DNA of 57,393 nucleotides from an uncultured Gammaproteobacteria bacterium (GCA_938074525.1 CALJEX010000037.1:1-57393), one strand, 5' to 3'. Positions 18,565 to 29,166 are shown, counted from the first letter of the stretch. The notes: a model not told the origin generated them from the letters alone. Numbers and translations are program-made.

Positions 18565-18700
18565 TCTAAACTGGACAACCACTTAGCGCAAATACTCAAT
18601 AAATACATTAACTGTAGGGGCTATATTTGGTGAATCAAATGCTTGCCAGAAATAGTAAGAATAGATTATAGTTCGCCCTCAATTTTCTAGGCCAGTACAG

Positions 18701-18907
18701 ATGAAACCCGAGATTCACCCAGAATATAAAACTGTTGTAATTACCTGTAGTTGTGGAAACTCATTCGAGACTAAATCAACTTACAGCAATGATTCAATGA
18801 GCATCGACGTGTGTGCAAAATGCCACCCGTTCTACACTGGTAAGCAGAAAATTCTAGATACCGCCGGACAAGTTGATAAGTTCCGTCGTCGTTACGGGAA
18901 AAAATAG
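18701..18907 (+). CDS. rpmE: 50S ribosomal protein L31 (Zn-ribbon type A)
   Basis: [20 protein letters not shown]...[13 protein letters not shown]. Confidence 0.95.
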   Translation: MKPEIHPEYKTVVITCSCGNSFETKSTYSNDSMSIDVCAKCHPFYTGKQKILDTAGQVDKFRRRYGKK

Positions 18908-19069
18908 GCTTCTAGCCTCACCTCTCCCAAACGCATTCACTATATATGCAGTTCTGGCCGGAACTGCTTGCGGATTATGTCGTCCAATAATTAATTATCA
19001 GACTGTTTTTTAACTAGTTACTGGTACAATTATTCAAATTTCTTTGCAGGTACAACGATGAGACCCATC

Positions 19070-20518
19070 ATGAATAAAGTTTACGCCCTATTACTCGTTA
19101 TCTTCGCAGCATACCTCAGTGGTTGTGCCGCTAATCCCGTCACAGGCAAACAAGACTTTGTTTTAATGTCTGAAGAACAAGAAATTAATTTAGGTCGTAA
19201 AGCTCACAAGCAAATCCTTCAACAGTATTCGGTTTACGATGATCCGGCACTTCAAGAATATGTTAGTAACTTAGTTGAAGAGTTATCTGCCAAAAGTCAT
19301 CGAGACCAACTGCTATTTCATGCCACAGTCCTTGATAGCCCACAGGTAAACGCTTTCGCTTTACCAGGTGGTTATGTGTATATCACTCGAGGAATTATGG
19401 CCTATATGAATTCTGAGGCTGAATTGGCAGGCGTACTAGGCCATGAAATAGGACATGTCACGGCTAGACATGGAGTTCGACAACAAAGCTCAGCACAAGT
19501 CGCTGGAATATTAGCCACAGCGGTTGCTATTGCCACGGGCTCAAGAGAAATCGCCGATGCCACTAATATTGCAGGAACTGCTTTAATTCGAGGCTATGGC
19601 AGAGAACATGAGTTAGAAGCTGATCGCTTAGGCGCTGAATACCTAGCAAAGCTTGGCTATGACCCTGAAGAAATGATTAATGTTGTTGGCATTCTTGCAT
19701 CTCAAGAGCAGTTTGATAAACAAATCGCTGAAGAAGAGGGTCGTGAACCTCGCGCTTACCATGGCACATTTTCAACTCACCCTTCAAACGATCGGCGCTT
19801 ACAAGAAGTTATACGCGCGGCAAATAAATTTCGCTCTAAAAACAATCGCGACAATGATGGTAAATTCTTAGAATTAACTCATGGAATGACCTTAGGCGCT
19901 AGCGAAAAAGATGGTGTCTTGCGTGGCAATAAGTTTTATCACAAGGATCTAGATATCACGCTTACTTTTCCCAAAGGTTGGAAAGTTGATAACTTACCTG
20001 ATCGTTTGATTGCAGCAAACAAAACTAAAGATGCAGTCATGCAAATCACTTTGCGCGATCTAAATAAACGCCAATCTCCAAAAGAATTTATAGAGAGCGA
20101 GTTTGGAAACAAGCTACGTAGCGAACAAGAGGTAGTGACAGAATCTTTTAAGGGCTACACTGCCATCACTAAAACAAAAACACCTTTCGGTAATCAAGAT
20201 ACTCGTATTGCAGCCGTATTCAAAGGCAAGCAAGTGTATCAATTCTTAGCCGCTGCTAAAGACCCAAACTTACTTAAGAAACATGACAAAGATTTTCTCG
20301 CCACGGTCAATAGCCTGCGACAATTAAAAACTAGCGAGCACTCACTTGCTGAATCTCGCAAAATTAAATTAATTACTGCAAAAAAAGGCGACACCTTTGC
20401 AAAATTGGCTAAAAATTCTCCTCTATCTTCACATCCCGAAGAACAGCTACGTTTACTCAATGACATGTATCCTGAAGGCGAACCTATCCCTGGCCAACCT
20501 ATTAAGATCGTCGAGTAA
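19070..20518 (+). CDS. M48-family zinc metalloprotease lipoprotein with a C-terminal LysM domain
   Basis: Lipobox LSGC, the HEIGHV zinc motif, and a C-terminal LysM-like segment (KKGDTFAKLAK...LRLLNDM). The likely start is ATG 19070. Confidence 0.8.
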   Translation: MNKVYALLLVIFAAYLSGCAANPVTGKQDFVLMSEEQEINLGRKAHKQILQQYSVYDDPALQEYVSNLVEELSAKSHRDQLLFHATVLDSPQVNAFALPGGYVYITRGIMAYMNSEAELAGVLGHEIGHVTARHGVRQQSSAQVAGILATAVAIATGSREIADATNIAGTALIRGYGREHELEADRLGAEYLAKLGYDPEEMINVVGILASQEQFDKQIAEEEGREPRAYHGTFSTHPSNDRRLQEVIRAANKFRSKNNRDNDGKFLELTHGMTLGASEKDGVLRGNKFYHKDLDITLTFPKGWKVDNLPDRLIAANKTKDAVMQITLRDLNKRQSPKEFIESEFGNKLRSEQEVVTESFKGYTAITKTKTPFGNQDTRIAAVFKGKQVYQFLAAAKDPNLLKKHDKDFLATVNSLRQLKTSEHSLAESRKIKLITAKKGDTFAKLAKNSPLSSHPEEQLRLLNDMYPEGEPIPGQPIKIVE

Positions 20519-20553
20519 TAAAAGCCCGGCACTGCATCCGCCAGTCAAGTATG

Positions 20554-20583
20554 ATGCTGAATGTTAACGCTAACATTCAGCAT
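20554..20583 (+). terminator. stem-loop downstream of the M48 protease gene
   Basis: Perfect 13-bp stem ATGCTGAATGTTA / TAACATTCAGCAT with the loop ACGC. The T-tract is weak, so its intrinsic-terminator status is uncertain. Confidence 0.45.
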
Positions 20584-20608
20584 TCACGTTTCTACTATCT
20601 TTTGAATT

Positions 20609-21502
20609 ATGCCCAAGACGACTGCTTACTTAATTGATTCTAGTATTTACATTTTCCGCGCATGGTTCACGCTACCTGATTCATTAACAAACACTAATGG
20701 TGAACCAGTCAACGCAGTATATGGCTTTATCGACTTTGTCGCTGGTCTACTAGAAGAGACCAAACCTACACACCTTTCTTTCGCATTTGATCAGAGCCTT
20801 ACCAGCTCATTTCGAAACACTATTTATCCGCCTTACAAAGCCAATAGAGATCCGGCACCGGATGAATTAAAGCGTCAATTTGAATACTGTCGACGCTTTG
20901 TAGAAGCGATTGGATACTCTCTATTAAGCAGCGATCGTTACGAAGCAGATGATTTACTTGGCACGGCCGCCACACGTGCGCGCGCGGATGGGCATGACGT
21001 CATCATTCTCAGCGCTGATAAAGATTTAGCTCAGCTAATAGAAGAAAACGATGTGTTGTGGGATTACGCAAGAGACAGAAGATTTACACCGAAAAAAATC
21101 AAAGAACATTTTGGTGTGCGTCCTGACCAGATCGCTGATCAATTAGCAATAGCGGGAGACAAGGTAGATAACATCCCTGGTGTACCTGGCATCGGCATGA
21201 CCACCGCAGCCAGACTACTCACAAAATTTGAAACCATAGAAAATCTTCTAGAAAATATTCCAGCGATCAGTGACATGAAAATTCGTGGTGCCAAGCGAAT
21301 ACAAGGTTTAGTTGATGAACACCAAGAAATGATTTTACTATGTAAAAAATTAACTGAAATTAAGTGTGATGCAGAAACATTACATGGCGACTATGAGCTT
21401 GAACGAGGCCAATGCGACTACGCCGACCTCGATGAATTATTTAATGAAATAGGCTTTGGAAATATTCGTCGCGAAAAATGGAAAAGGCTCGCCGCAAAAT
21501 AA
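20609..21502 (+). CDS. stand-alone 5'-3' exonuclease / flap endonuclease (PIN + H3TH)
   Basis: 297 aa that parallels the N-terminus of the polA here (YLIDSSIYIFRAWF, YKANR, EADD, GDKVDNIPGVPGIG). Confidence 0.88.
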   Translation: MPKTTAYLIDSSIYIFRAWFTLPDSLTNTNGEPVNAVYGFIDFVAGLLEETKPTHLSFAFDQSLTSSFRNTIYPPYKANRDPAPDELKRQFEYCRRFVEAIGYSLLSSDRYEADDLLGTAATRARADGHDVIILSADKDLAQLIEENDVLWDYARDRRFTPKKIKEHFGVRPDQIADQLAIAGDKVDNIPGVPGIGMTTAARLLTKFETIENLLENIPAISDMKIRGAKRIQGLVDEHQEMILLCKKLTEIKCDAETLHGDYELERGQCDYADLDELFNEIGFGNIRREKWKRLAAK

Positions 21503-21507
21503 ATTCG

Positions 21508-22617
21508 TTATTGCTCAGCACCTACTTCTTTTGCACGCCGTTGTGACAGCAAATTTTCTTGTTGTTGCTGGTTAACATCAAACTCGGCAAGCGAAGCACT
21601 CCAGCCTTGCATATGATTTATTGCTAACTGATAAATAGCTTCAATATGATCTTCATTATCATTTAATGCGGGAATGTACTGAAACTCCTCACCGCCTGCA
21701 TCTAAAAATATTTCTCTATTAAGCATATCAATTTCTTCTAAGGTCTCAACACAGTCTGCCGCAAAGCCAGGACAAAATACATCGACTGATTTAATACTTT
21801 CTTTTGCCATCGCTTCCAATGTTTTGTCAGTATATGGCTGTAGCCATTCTTCACGCCCAAAACGCGATTGAAATGTTAACTTCCATTGATTTTCATTTAG
21901 CTGCAATTTCTCTGCAATTAATCTTGCCGTCTTGTAGCACTGACAATGATATGGATCGCCCGCTAACAAATATCTTTTGGGTAAGCCGTGAAATGAAAAT
22001 AACAAAACCTGACTTTGCTTATGCGTAGCCCAATAGTGTTTAATCTGATTAGCACATGCGCTGATATATTTTTCATCATCAGGGTATTGATTAATGAATC
22101 GCAATTCAGGCATCCAGCGTAGCTTAGAAAAAGTATTGGCTATCGCATCAAATGTTGAACCGGTGGTCGATCCTGAATATTGAGGATACAAAGGTAACAC
22201 TACTAAGCGCGTGACATTTTTGTCTTGCATTTTAAGCAACGCAGACTCAATTGAAGGCGTGCCGTAACGCATCGCAAAATCAACCTCAATATGCTCAAGA
22301 TTGTTTGCTGTGAATTTTTTCTTCAACGCAGCCAATTGCGATTTAGTATGCGCCATAAGAGGAGACCCCTCTTTTGTCCAGATTTTTGCGTAGGTTGCAG
22401 CACTACGGCGCGGCCGTATTCTTAAAATAACCAAGTTCAATACTAACCACCATAAGGGACGCGGAAATTCTACAACACGTGGATCCCAGAGAAATTCTCC
22501 AAGATATTTACGCAGTGCTGAAGGCGTTGCTGCTTCGGGGGTGCCTAGATTGGTAATTAAAACACCCAGTTTTTCCGAACTGGCGTGGTTATAGTCAGAT
22601 TTGCCCAAATACTTCAT
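21508..22617 (-). CDS. hemH: ferrochelatase
   Basis: 369 aa with LLTNLGTPEA, PLYPQYS, FSFHGLP and C-terminal ETLEE motifs. Confidence 0.92.
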   Translation of the reverse strand: MKYLGKSDYNHASSEKLGVLITNLGTPEAATPSALRKYLGEFLWDPRVVEFPRPLWWLVLNLVILRIRPRRSAATYAKIWTKEGSPLMAHTKSQLAALKKKFTANNLEHIEVDFAMRYGTPSIESALLKMQDKNVTRLVVLPLYPQYSGSTTGSTFDAIANTFSKLRWMPELRFINQYPDDEKYISACANQIKHYWATHKQSQVLLFSFHGLPKRYLLAGDPYHCQCYKTARLIAEKLQLNENQWKLTFQSRFGREEWLQPYTDKTLEAMAKESIKSVDVFCPGFAADCVETLEEIDMLNREIFLDAGGEEFQYIPALNDNEDHIEAIYQLAINHMQGWSASLAEFDVNQQQQENLLSQRRAKEVGAEQ

Positions 22618-22670
22618 GTTTTATTAAGTTTTGTATGCCGATTGCAACAAGCATACAACGACTAGTGCAA

Positions 22671-23261
22671 TTACGAAAACTTTCGCAATCTTTCGTGTAG
22701 AGGACTTGTACGAGGGAAATGGGCCAAAAGAAATTTCATCTGATCTGCCATCACTTTGCGCCCTTGCAAATAGATATATTCAGCATGCGTTGGCACAAAT
22801 GGCACAGCAAGCAATTGCATTCCCGCACGCTCTGGCGTGTAGTTTGCCTTTTGATTATTGCAGCGCTTACATGCTGTCACTACATTTCTCCAGGTATCTT
22901 CTCCTCCTTGGCTTATCGGCGTGACATGATCACGCGACAAATCACGACGACCAAAACGTTCGCCACAATACATGCATAGGTGTGCATCGCGTTTAAAAAG
23001 AGTTTGATTATTTAACGGAGGAACATAACTATCATGCAATGACTTATTGCTACCATAGGTTGCAATAATTGAATTCACTTCAATACAACTATGCGTACCA
23101 GTGTTTGCGTTAACGCCGCCATGTACCACATACAGTACTTCACCGCATGAGTAAGCAACTTGTTCGGTATAATACAATTTCGTGGCATCCTGGTAATTAA
23201 TCCATTCCAGGGGCATGCCAGATACATCTGTACGTAATACTTGTTGCCAAAATGACTGCAA
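22671..23261 (-). CDS. HNH endonuclease-family protein
   Basis: 196 aa. HNH core CMYCGE...DHVTPISQGGEDTWRNVVTACKRCNNQK. TTG start behind GGAG. Confidence 0.8.
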   Translation of the reverse strand: MQSFWQQVLRTDVSGMPLEWINYQDATKLYYTEQVAYSCGEVLYVVHGGVNANTGTHSCIEVNSIIATYGSNKSLHDSYVPPLNNQTLFKRDAHLCMYCGERFGRRDLSRDHVTPISQGGEDTWRNVVTACKRCNNQKANYTPERAGMQLLAVPFVPTHAEYIYLQGRKVMADQMKFLLAHFPRTSPLHERLRKFS

Positions 23262-23380
23262 AATTCTTACTCCATGCTAGTAAGTCGAGTGCTACTCTAA
23301 TGATAGTAGACTCATCTGGCAAGCCTTATACAGCGATAATAGATATGAAGTTTTTATTAACCTTACAATTATTCAATCCA

Positions 23381-23812
23381 CTAGTGTGAATTTTTAGATT
23401 TTTCTTGCCAACGCTTACGCAGTTCTTCTTGTTCTTCTGGGGGTAACTCTTTATACCACTTGTACTTCTGTTTGATTTTAGCGCGTTCTTCAGGAGGCAA
23501 GGATTGGAATTTTTTACGTCGTTCTTGTACAGCCTTTTTCTCTTCAGGAGACATGTTAGCCCAGCGTTGCAACCTATTTTGAATTTTATTTCTTTTATAT
23601 TCAGGCAACGTATCCCACTGCTTAGTGAATTCATTCAAGCGCTTTTGGCGCTTAGCAGGTAGCTCACTCCAGTCATTTTTTATCGGTGCTAATATAGTTT
23701 GTTGCTCAGCTGTTAAATCCTCCCATGCAATAACATCACTCGCAGTCACTGTTAACGAGAAAAAACTAATTACCAAGCAAAGAATAATCTGCTTGAGTTT
23801 ACATAAGCGCAT
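23381..23812 (-). CDS. DUF3106-type secreted protein (part of the ECF sigma module)
   Basis: 143 aa with a signal peptide and repeated W..L(P/S)PEE(K/Q)...R motifs. Confidence 0.7.
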   Translation of the reverse strand: MRLCKLKQIILCLVISFFSLTVTASDVIAWEDLTAEQQTILAPIKNDWSELPAKRQKRLNEFTKQWDTLPEYKRNKIQNRLQRWANMSPEEKKAVQERRKKFQSLPPEERAKIKQKYKWYKELPPEEQEELRKRWQEKSKNSH

Positions 23813-24189
23813 TAACTATTTACTTCCTGCTCTGACAGCCACACATAAAAATCATATTGCTCATACAATTCAATACCAGCTTCAGTTTCAAAAAGAAAAC
23901 TATCTACATTACTCATCATGTCTACATCATCTAACATATACTCAGGTGAACTGATAAATAGAAATGCCGCAAACGCTGATATACTCGCAAAACTTGCTAC
24001 GCTCGCCCATATCGATTTGCGCTGATACCAAGGAATAGCGACATCATTGGATTGTAAAACTTTAGCGCGTGCCATTTGCAACTGATAACGTGTATCCGCA
24101 TCGATATCTTCTACGGACTGGTCTAACACCGACTTTATTTGCTTTACTAATTTATCTTGCTCAAGTTTATCTTGTTCAGACTGTTTCAT
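23812..24189 (-). CDS. DUF3619-type membrane protein (putative anti-sigma component)
   Basis: 125 aa with a single central TM. Start and stop overlap the flanking ECF-module genes. Confidence 0.6.
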   Translation of the reverse strand: MKQSEQDKLEQDKLVKQIKSVLDQSVEDIDADTRYQLQMARAKVLQSNDVAIPWYQRKSIWASVASFASISAFAAFLFISSPEYMLDDVDMMSNVDSFLFETEAGIELYEQYDFYVWLSEQEVNS

Positions 24190-24776
24190 GATGCATCTTC
24201 TAATAGGTTCTGTAACGACTGTAACGCGCGCGACAAATGTGTTTTAACACTTCCACTTGAGCACTTCATGATGCTAGCTGTTTCATTCACGCTAAAACCT
24301 TCCCACACACGCAACAAAAATGTTTGTCGTTGCCGCAGAGATAATTGACTTAATGCTAATTGAATACTGTGCATGCTTATCTCGCCTTGAAAATTTTCTT
24401 CTGGTGTCGCTTGTGTGCTGGTGACTTGAGATTCCAACCAATCTTCACCATTCTCCTGCTCAGGTTTAGAGAAATGGAATTTCGCTCTTACAGCGCCCCA
24501 GCGATGCCAATCTTTAATCTTATTTTGTAATATTCGGTAAAACAATGGTCGCCATTCTGCACTAGGTTTATGCATATATTTTTTCATTAGCGATTCCATA
24601 GCATCCTGGACTAAATCCAGAGCATCACCTGAGTGGCGTGTTTCTATCATCACCATACGAAATGCCCGCTGCTCTACTTCGCGGTAGAAATCGGCTAGTT
24701 CCTGGCGCTGATCTTGTGTAACCTTCAGTACGATTTCCTCATGACACTGCTCTAAGTACATTAGTGTTTTACTCAT
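24186..24776 (-). CDS. ECF-subfamily RNA polymerase sigma-70 factor
   Basis: 196 aa with region 2 (DALDLVQDAM) and region 4 HTH (FSVNETASIMKCSSGSVKTHLSRA). Confidence 0.88.
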   Translation of the reverse strand: MSKTLMYLEQCHEEIVLKVTQDQRQELADFYREVEQRAFRMVMIETRHSGDALDLVQDAMESLMKKYMHKPSAEWRPLFYRILQNKIKDWHRWGAVRAKFHFSKPEQENGEDWLESQVTSTQATPEENFQGEISMHSIQLALSQLSLRQRQTFLLRVWEGFSVNETASIMKCSSGSVKTHLSRALQSLQNLLEDAS

Positions 24777-25041
24777 TAGATCGACTTATTCATACAACGA
24801 ACGTTCACTGAGATTGGTTGACTATCGCTAGATGAACGGTACTTATAACAAGCATATGAGCATCTCTTAAAGAGGTTTATTCACAACTAACGTTAAAGTT
24901 ATATGAATTTTGCTATTGGTTCACCAATTGTGCATAAATTACTATAAGTGTACGATTTTTAAACGAGAAAATTTGATCGTAATTTATACAATCTAAAAAT
25001 AGTTGGCTTTAAGCGTCGTTTTTCGCGCTTTATTACGACCC

Positions 25042-25086
25042 TTTTCCACATATTTATCCACAGCTTCTGTGGATAGTTTGACGAAC
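25042..25086 (+). promoter_or_regulatory. three-DnaA-box module (copy B)
   Basis: TTTTCCACA tat TTATCCACA gcttc TGTGGATAG tttg ACGAAC. Box order, orientation and 3-nt/5-nt spacers are the same as copy A. Lies 52-96 nt upstream of priA. Confidence 0.6.
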
Positions 25087-25137
25087 GGTAATCACAACAT
25101 ATTTTGATAATCTTTATTAAGTAACGCGCATACAATT

Positions 25138-27342
25138 ATGACAACAAAGAAGTTTGCTCAAGTCGGAATTGATTCTCCGTTGCGAAGATTATTTGATTAT
25201 CGTATTCCGGATGCTATGCCAGAGTTAAAGCCTGGTTATCGCGTGATAATTCCTTTTGGCAAACGTTCGTTGCTAGGCATTGTAGTGAAATTGATCGATA
25301 CGCCTAGTATTGATACTAGCCGTTTAAAAATCATTCAGGCAACGCTTGATGACTGCGCTATTTTTGATGCTGAATCGTTTTCACTGATTCGTTGGGCGGC
25401 ACGCTATTATCAATTTCCGCTCGGCTCGGCCTTATTTAGTGCACTGCCTCCAGCATTACGCAAAACCAAACAAGATGGCGACAACGACTCAATTGAGTTC
25501 AGGTGGCTCGCTACCACTAACACTTCGAGTGAAATGCTAAAACGAGCTCCTAAACAGGCTGCTATCTATACCTGGATAAAGCAACACGCTGATGGGGTAA
25601 CACCGAAACAACTAAGAGACCAATTCTCCAGTTGTAGTGCAATCATTAAAACGCTAGCGCAGCGTGAAATGATTCAACAGGTTGAAATTATTCAACCAAC
25701 ACATGTGACACAAACACCTATAGCCAATTCTCTACAGCTGACTGAAGATCAAGCTAACGTCAGCCAAAGCATTCTTGCCAGCTTAAGCCAGTTCACTGTA
25801 CATTTATTGGAAGGCGTGACTGGCAGTGGCAAAACTGAAGTGTATTTCAGCATCATTACTGAAGTGCTTAAATCAGCTCAGGCGCAAGTCCTTATTCTAG
25901 TCCCAGAGATCGGACTCACACCTCAGTTATATAGCCGTTTAGAAAAACATTTTGGAATTACCATTGGTTTATTGCATTCCAATATCACCGAGTCACAACG
26001 CAAACAAACTTGGTTAAATATTAGCAAGGGCGAGATTCGTATCATCTTAGGTACCCGTTTAGCCGTATTCACTCCGATTCCACATTTACAGCTCATCGTT
26101 GTCGATGAAGAACACGATGCTTCTTTAAAGCAACAAGAAGGCTTTGTTTATCACGCAAGAGACGTTGCCATATACCGTGCAAAACAGTTGGCCATTCCTA
26201 TTGTATTAGGAAGTGCCACACCTTCATTTGAATCTATCCACAATGCCAAGTTGGAGAAGTTCCAACATTTACAATTAAATAAGCGTGCGCACTCTGACTT
26301 AATGCCGAAAATCCAATTTGCGGATATGAGAACGGAACGTGCGGGAACGATATTATCCAGCCCACTATGCAAAGCCATGCACTCTCATTTGAAAGAGGGC
26401 AAACAAGTCATTCTATTCCTTAATCGGCGCGGTTATGCGCCAGCATTGCTTTGCCATGACTGTGGCTGGGTGGCTAAGTGTATTCGCTGTGACGCCAATA
26501 TGACCTATCACAGCAAAACAAATAAACTAATTTGCCACCATTGCGATAGTCGTAAGCATAATCCTCAGCAATGCCCGCAATGCGCGTCTAATAACCTCAT
26601 TATGGTGGGACATGGCACTCAGCGTATTGAAGAAGTGTTATCCGAGCAATTCCCAGACTACTCTGCTATTCGCCTAGATCGAGATATTACCCGGCGGAAA
26701 GGATCACTAGAAAAAATCTTAGATGAAATCCATCAGCTAAAACAACAAATCATTATCGGTACCCAAATCCTTTCCAAGGGGCATGACTTTCCAAATGTAT
26801 CTTTAGTGGGCATATTGGATATCGACTATGGCATTCACAGCAGTGACTTTCGTGCATTAGAACGTAGTGCTCAGCTATTGATTCAAGTCGCAGGCCGTTC
26901 TGGCCGGCGCAGTATTCAGGGCGAGGTATACGTGCAAACACACACACCCGACCACCCTTTGTTGCAAACACTATTGCACGAAGGCTATCCAGCGTTTGCT
27001 ACTCAGGCGTTGCAGTCACGAGAAGAATGGAAGTTACCACCATTTTCACACCACATCGCTATTCGCGCCCGCAGCCAAAATAGCGATGATTTGTTTGTAT
27101 TTCTTGAAGCAGTTGCCAACACCGCACGACAAATGCTGCCCGCAGAAATATCCATCCAAGGCCCGATTATTCCTTCTATGGAAAAGAAAGCAGGTCAGTT
27201 TCGAGCATTTATTTTATTGGTTGCCGCTCAACGTGGATTATTTAGCCAGTCTATTGATGCTTGCTTAAATCAGATTGAAACTCTTCCACAAACACGCAAA
27301 GTCCGTTGGAGCATTGATGTCGACCCTATCGACAATTTCTGA
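25138..27342 (+). CDS. priA: primosomal replication-restart helicase PriA
   Basis: 734 aa with Walker A GVTGSGKTEVY, DEEHD, and a Cys-rich zinc region (CHDCG...CIRC...CHHC...CPQC). Confidence 0.95.
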   Translation: MTTKKFAQVGIDSPLRRLFDYRIPDAMPELKPGYRVIIPFGKRSLLGIVVKLIDTPSIDTSRLKIIQATLDDCAIFDAESFSLIRWAARYYQFPLGSALFSALPPALRKTKQDGDNDSIEFRWLATTNTSSEMLKRAPKQAAIYTWIKQHADGVTPKQLRDQFSSCSAIIKTLAQREMIQQVEIIQPTHVTQTPIANSLQLTEDQANVSQSILASLSQFTVHLLEGVTGSGKTEVYFSIITEVLKSAQAQVLILVPEIGLTPQLYSRLEKHFGITIGLLHSNITESQRKQTWLNISKGEIRIILGTRLAVFTPIPHLQLIVVDEEHDASLKQQEGFVYHARDVAIYRAKQLAIPIVLGSATPSFESIHNAKLEKFQHLQLNKRAHSDLMPKIQFADMRTERAGTILSSPLCKAMHSHLKEGKQVILFLNRRGYAPALLCHDCGWVAKCIRCDANMTYHSKTNKLICHHCDSRKHNPQQCPQCASNNLIMVGHGTQRIEEVLSEQFPDYSAIRLDRDITRRKGSLEKILDEIHQLKQQIIIGTQILSKGHDFPNVSLVGILDIDYGIHSSDFRALERSAQLLIQVAGRSGRRSIQGEVYVQTHTPDHPLLQTLLHEGYPAFATQALQSREEWKLPPFSHHIAIRARSQNSDDLFVFLEAVANTARQMLPAEISIQGPIIPSMEKKAGQFRAFILLVAAQRGLFSQSIDACLNQIETLPQTRKVRWSIDVDPIDNF

Positions 27343-27403
27343 CTAATTTATTGATGATAAATTCAGGTACAATGCTGCGCTTTATATTAATTGAGACTCA
27401 GTA

Positions 27404-29155
27404 TTGAAAGAACAAATCATTCAAGCAATTGCTGAAGCAATGCAACAGTTATCATCAGATGGCAAAATTCAAGGCGAATTTACTGGTGAAGCTCAAGTCA
27501 CCCGCTGCAAAGATCCAACCCATGGTGACTACGCAAGCAATATTGCCATGGCATACGCAAAAAAAATTAGCCTCGCTCCTCGCCAGCTAGCCGAATTACT
27601 CAGCGATCAATTAAACACTCATAAATTATTTGAAAAAGTCGAAATTGCTGGACCCGGTTTCATTAACTTTTTTATTGCACAAAAAAATCACACTCGAGTT
27701 ATAAACAATATTCTTTCTGAAAAAAATAACTTCGGAAACAATAAAGATGGTCATGGTCAATCAATACAACTTGAATACGTATCAGCCAACCCAACGGGTC
27801 CGCTGCATGTTGGCCACGGACGTGGTGCAGCCTATGGCGCAACACTAGCCAACTTATACAAAGCCAATGGTTATCAAGTTCATCGCGAATATTACGTGAA
27901 TGATGCTGGTCGCCAGATGGATATTTTGGCCACATCAGTGTGGCTTCGCTATCTTGAGTTATGTGGAACAGAATTTACTTTTCCAAGTAACGCATACAAG
28001 GGGGACTACATTTGGGATATTGCTGCCACTGCACACCGCACACATGCCAATAAATATTTAGTTGATCCTGCTTCTTTCAGAGAAACTCTACCAAAAGACG
28101 AACCTGAAGGTGGTGATAAAGAAGCTTATATCGATGCATTGATCGCAGTTGCCAAAGATAAACTTGGGCCACAAGGCTATACGGCTTTCTTCGATTTGGC
28201 GATAGACACTATATTGACTGATATCAAGGATGACTTACATTTATTCGGTGTCGATTATGAACAATGGTACTCAGAACGTAGCTTATTCAAAAGCAATAAG
28301 ATTGATAATGTTATTGAGAAATTAAAAGCTAGCAATCATGTCTATGAAAAAAATGGTGCGTTATGGTTTGCTTCTTCAAAACTTGGTGATGAAAAAGATC
28401 GTGTCGTTGTCAGGGATAACGGACAACCCACTTATTTCGCTTCAGACATTGCATATCACGTTGATAAGTTTTCTCAAGGTTACTCTAAAATAATTAACAT
28501 TTGGGGTGCAGATCATCACGGTTACATTGCTAGGGTAAGAGCAGCTTTAAAAGCACTTGACCTAGATGACTCTAAACTCGATATCCTGCTTGTTCAATTT
28601 GCTAATCTCTATCGTGGCAATGTTAAGCAACAGATGTCGACTCGCTCTGGAGAATTTGTCACACTGCGCGCACTACGCAAAGAAGTGGGCTCTGACGCAG
28701 CACGTTTCTTTTATGTGATGCGTAAAAGCGAACAGCATTTAGATTTTGATTTGGAGCTAGCCACTTCCACTAGCAACGAAAACCCTATGTATTATGTACA
28801 ATACGCACATGCGAGAATTTGTAGCGTATTAAGACAATCTGAACAAGCACTTAATAGAGAGAGTTTAGACGATTTAGAAAACCTACTTAGCCAAGACAGT
28901 GAACACTCATTGATGCAAAAGCTTACTGATTACCCTGAATTAATTGCTACTTCATGCAAAAAACAATCTCCTCACTTAGTGGTCAATTACTTGCGTGAGC
29001 TTGCACAAAAATTCCATGGTTATTACAACGAAACCCAATTCTTAGTCGACTCTCAAGAATTGAGAAATGCACGCTTACTGTTAATTGAGTCAACCAGACA
29101 AGTACTAGCCAATGGATTAACCATTCTCGGTGTCAATGCACCAGATAAGATGTAG
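27404..29155 (+). CDS. argS: arginine--tRNA ligase
   Basis: 583 aa with SANPTGPLHVGHGR (HIGH), the MSTRSG (KMSK-like) motif and a DALR anticodon-binding C-terminus. TTG start. Confidence 0.95.
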   Translation: MKEQIIQAIAEAMQQLSSDGKIQGEFTGEAQVTRCKDPTHGDYASNIAMAYAKKISLAPRQLAELLSDQLNTHKLFEKVEIAGPGFINFFIAQKNHTRVINNILSEKNNFGNNKDGHGQSIQLEYVSANPTGPLHVGHGRGAAYGATLANLYKANGYQVHREYYVNDAGRQMDILATSVWLRYLELCGTEFTFPSNAYKGDYIWDIAATAHRTHANKYLVDPASFRETLPKDEPEGGDKEAYIDALIAVAKDKLGPQGYTAFFDLAIDTILTDIKDDLHLFGVDYEQWYSERSLFKSNKIDNVIEKLKASNHVYEKNGALWFASSKLGDEKDRVVVRDNGQPTYFASDIAYHVDKFSQGYSKIINIWGADHHGYIARVRAALKALDLDDSKLDILLVQFANLYRGNVKQQMSTRSGEFVTLRALRKEVGSDAARFFYVMRKSEQHLDFDLELATSTSNENPMYYVQYAHARICSVLRQSEQALNRESLDDLENLLSQDSEHSLMQKLTDYPELIATSCKKQSPHLVVNYLRELAQKFHGYYNETQFLVDSQELRNARLLLIESTRQVLANGLTILGVNAPDKM

Positions 29156-29166
29156 GCATATAAACA

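Noticed and set aside
18311-18700. Possibility that the AT-rich rpmE upstream region with DnaA boxes is the chromosomal origin (oriC).
   Set aside because: It has only three boxes in one tight module plus one or two relaxed matches (for example TGTGTAAAA at 18385). I saw only one GATC in the region and no obvious 13-mer or DnaA-trio unwinding repeats. There is no dnaA, gidA or rpmH neighbourhood. Gene orientation to the right of the site is mostly minus strand, which is not what is expected next to an origin.
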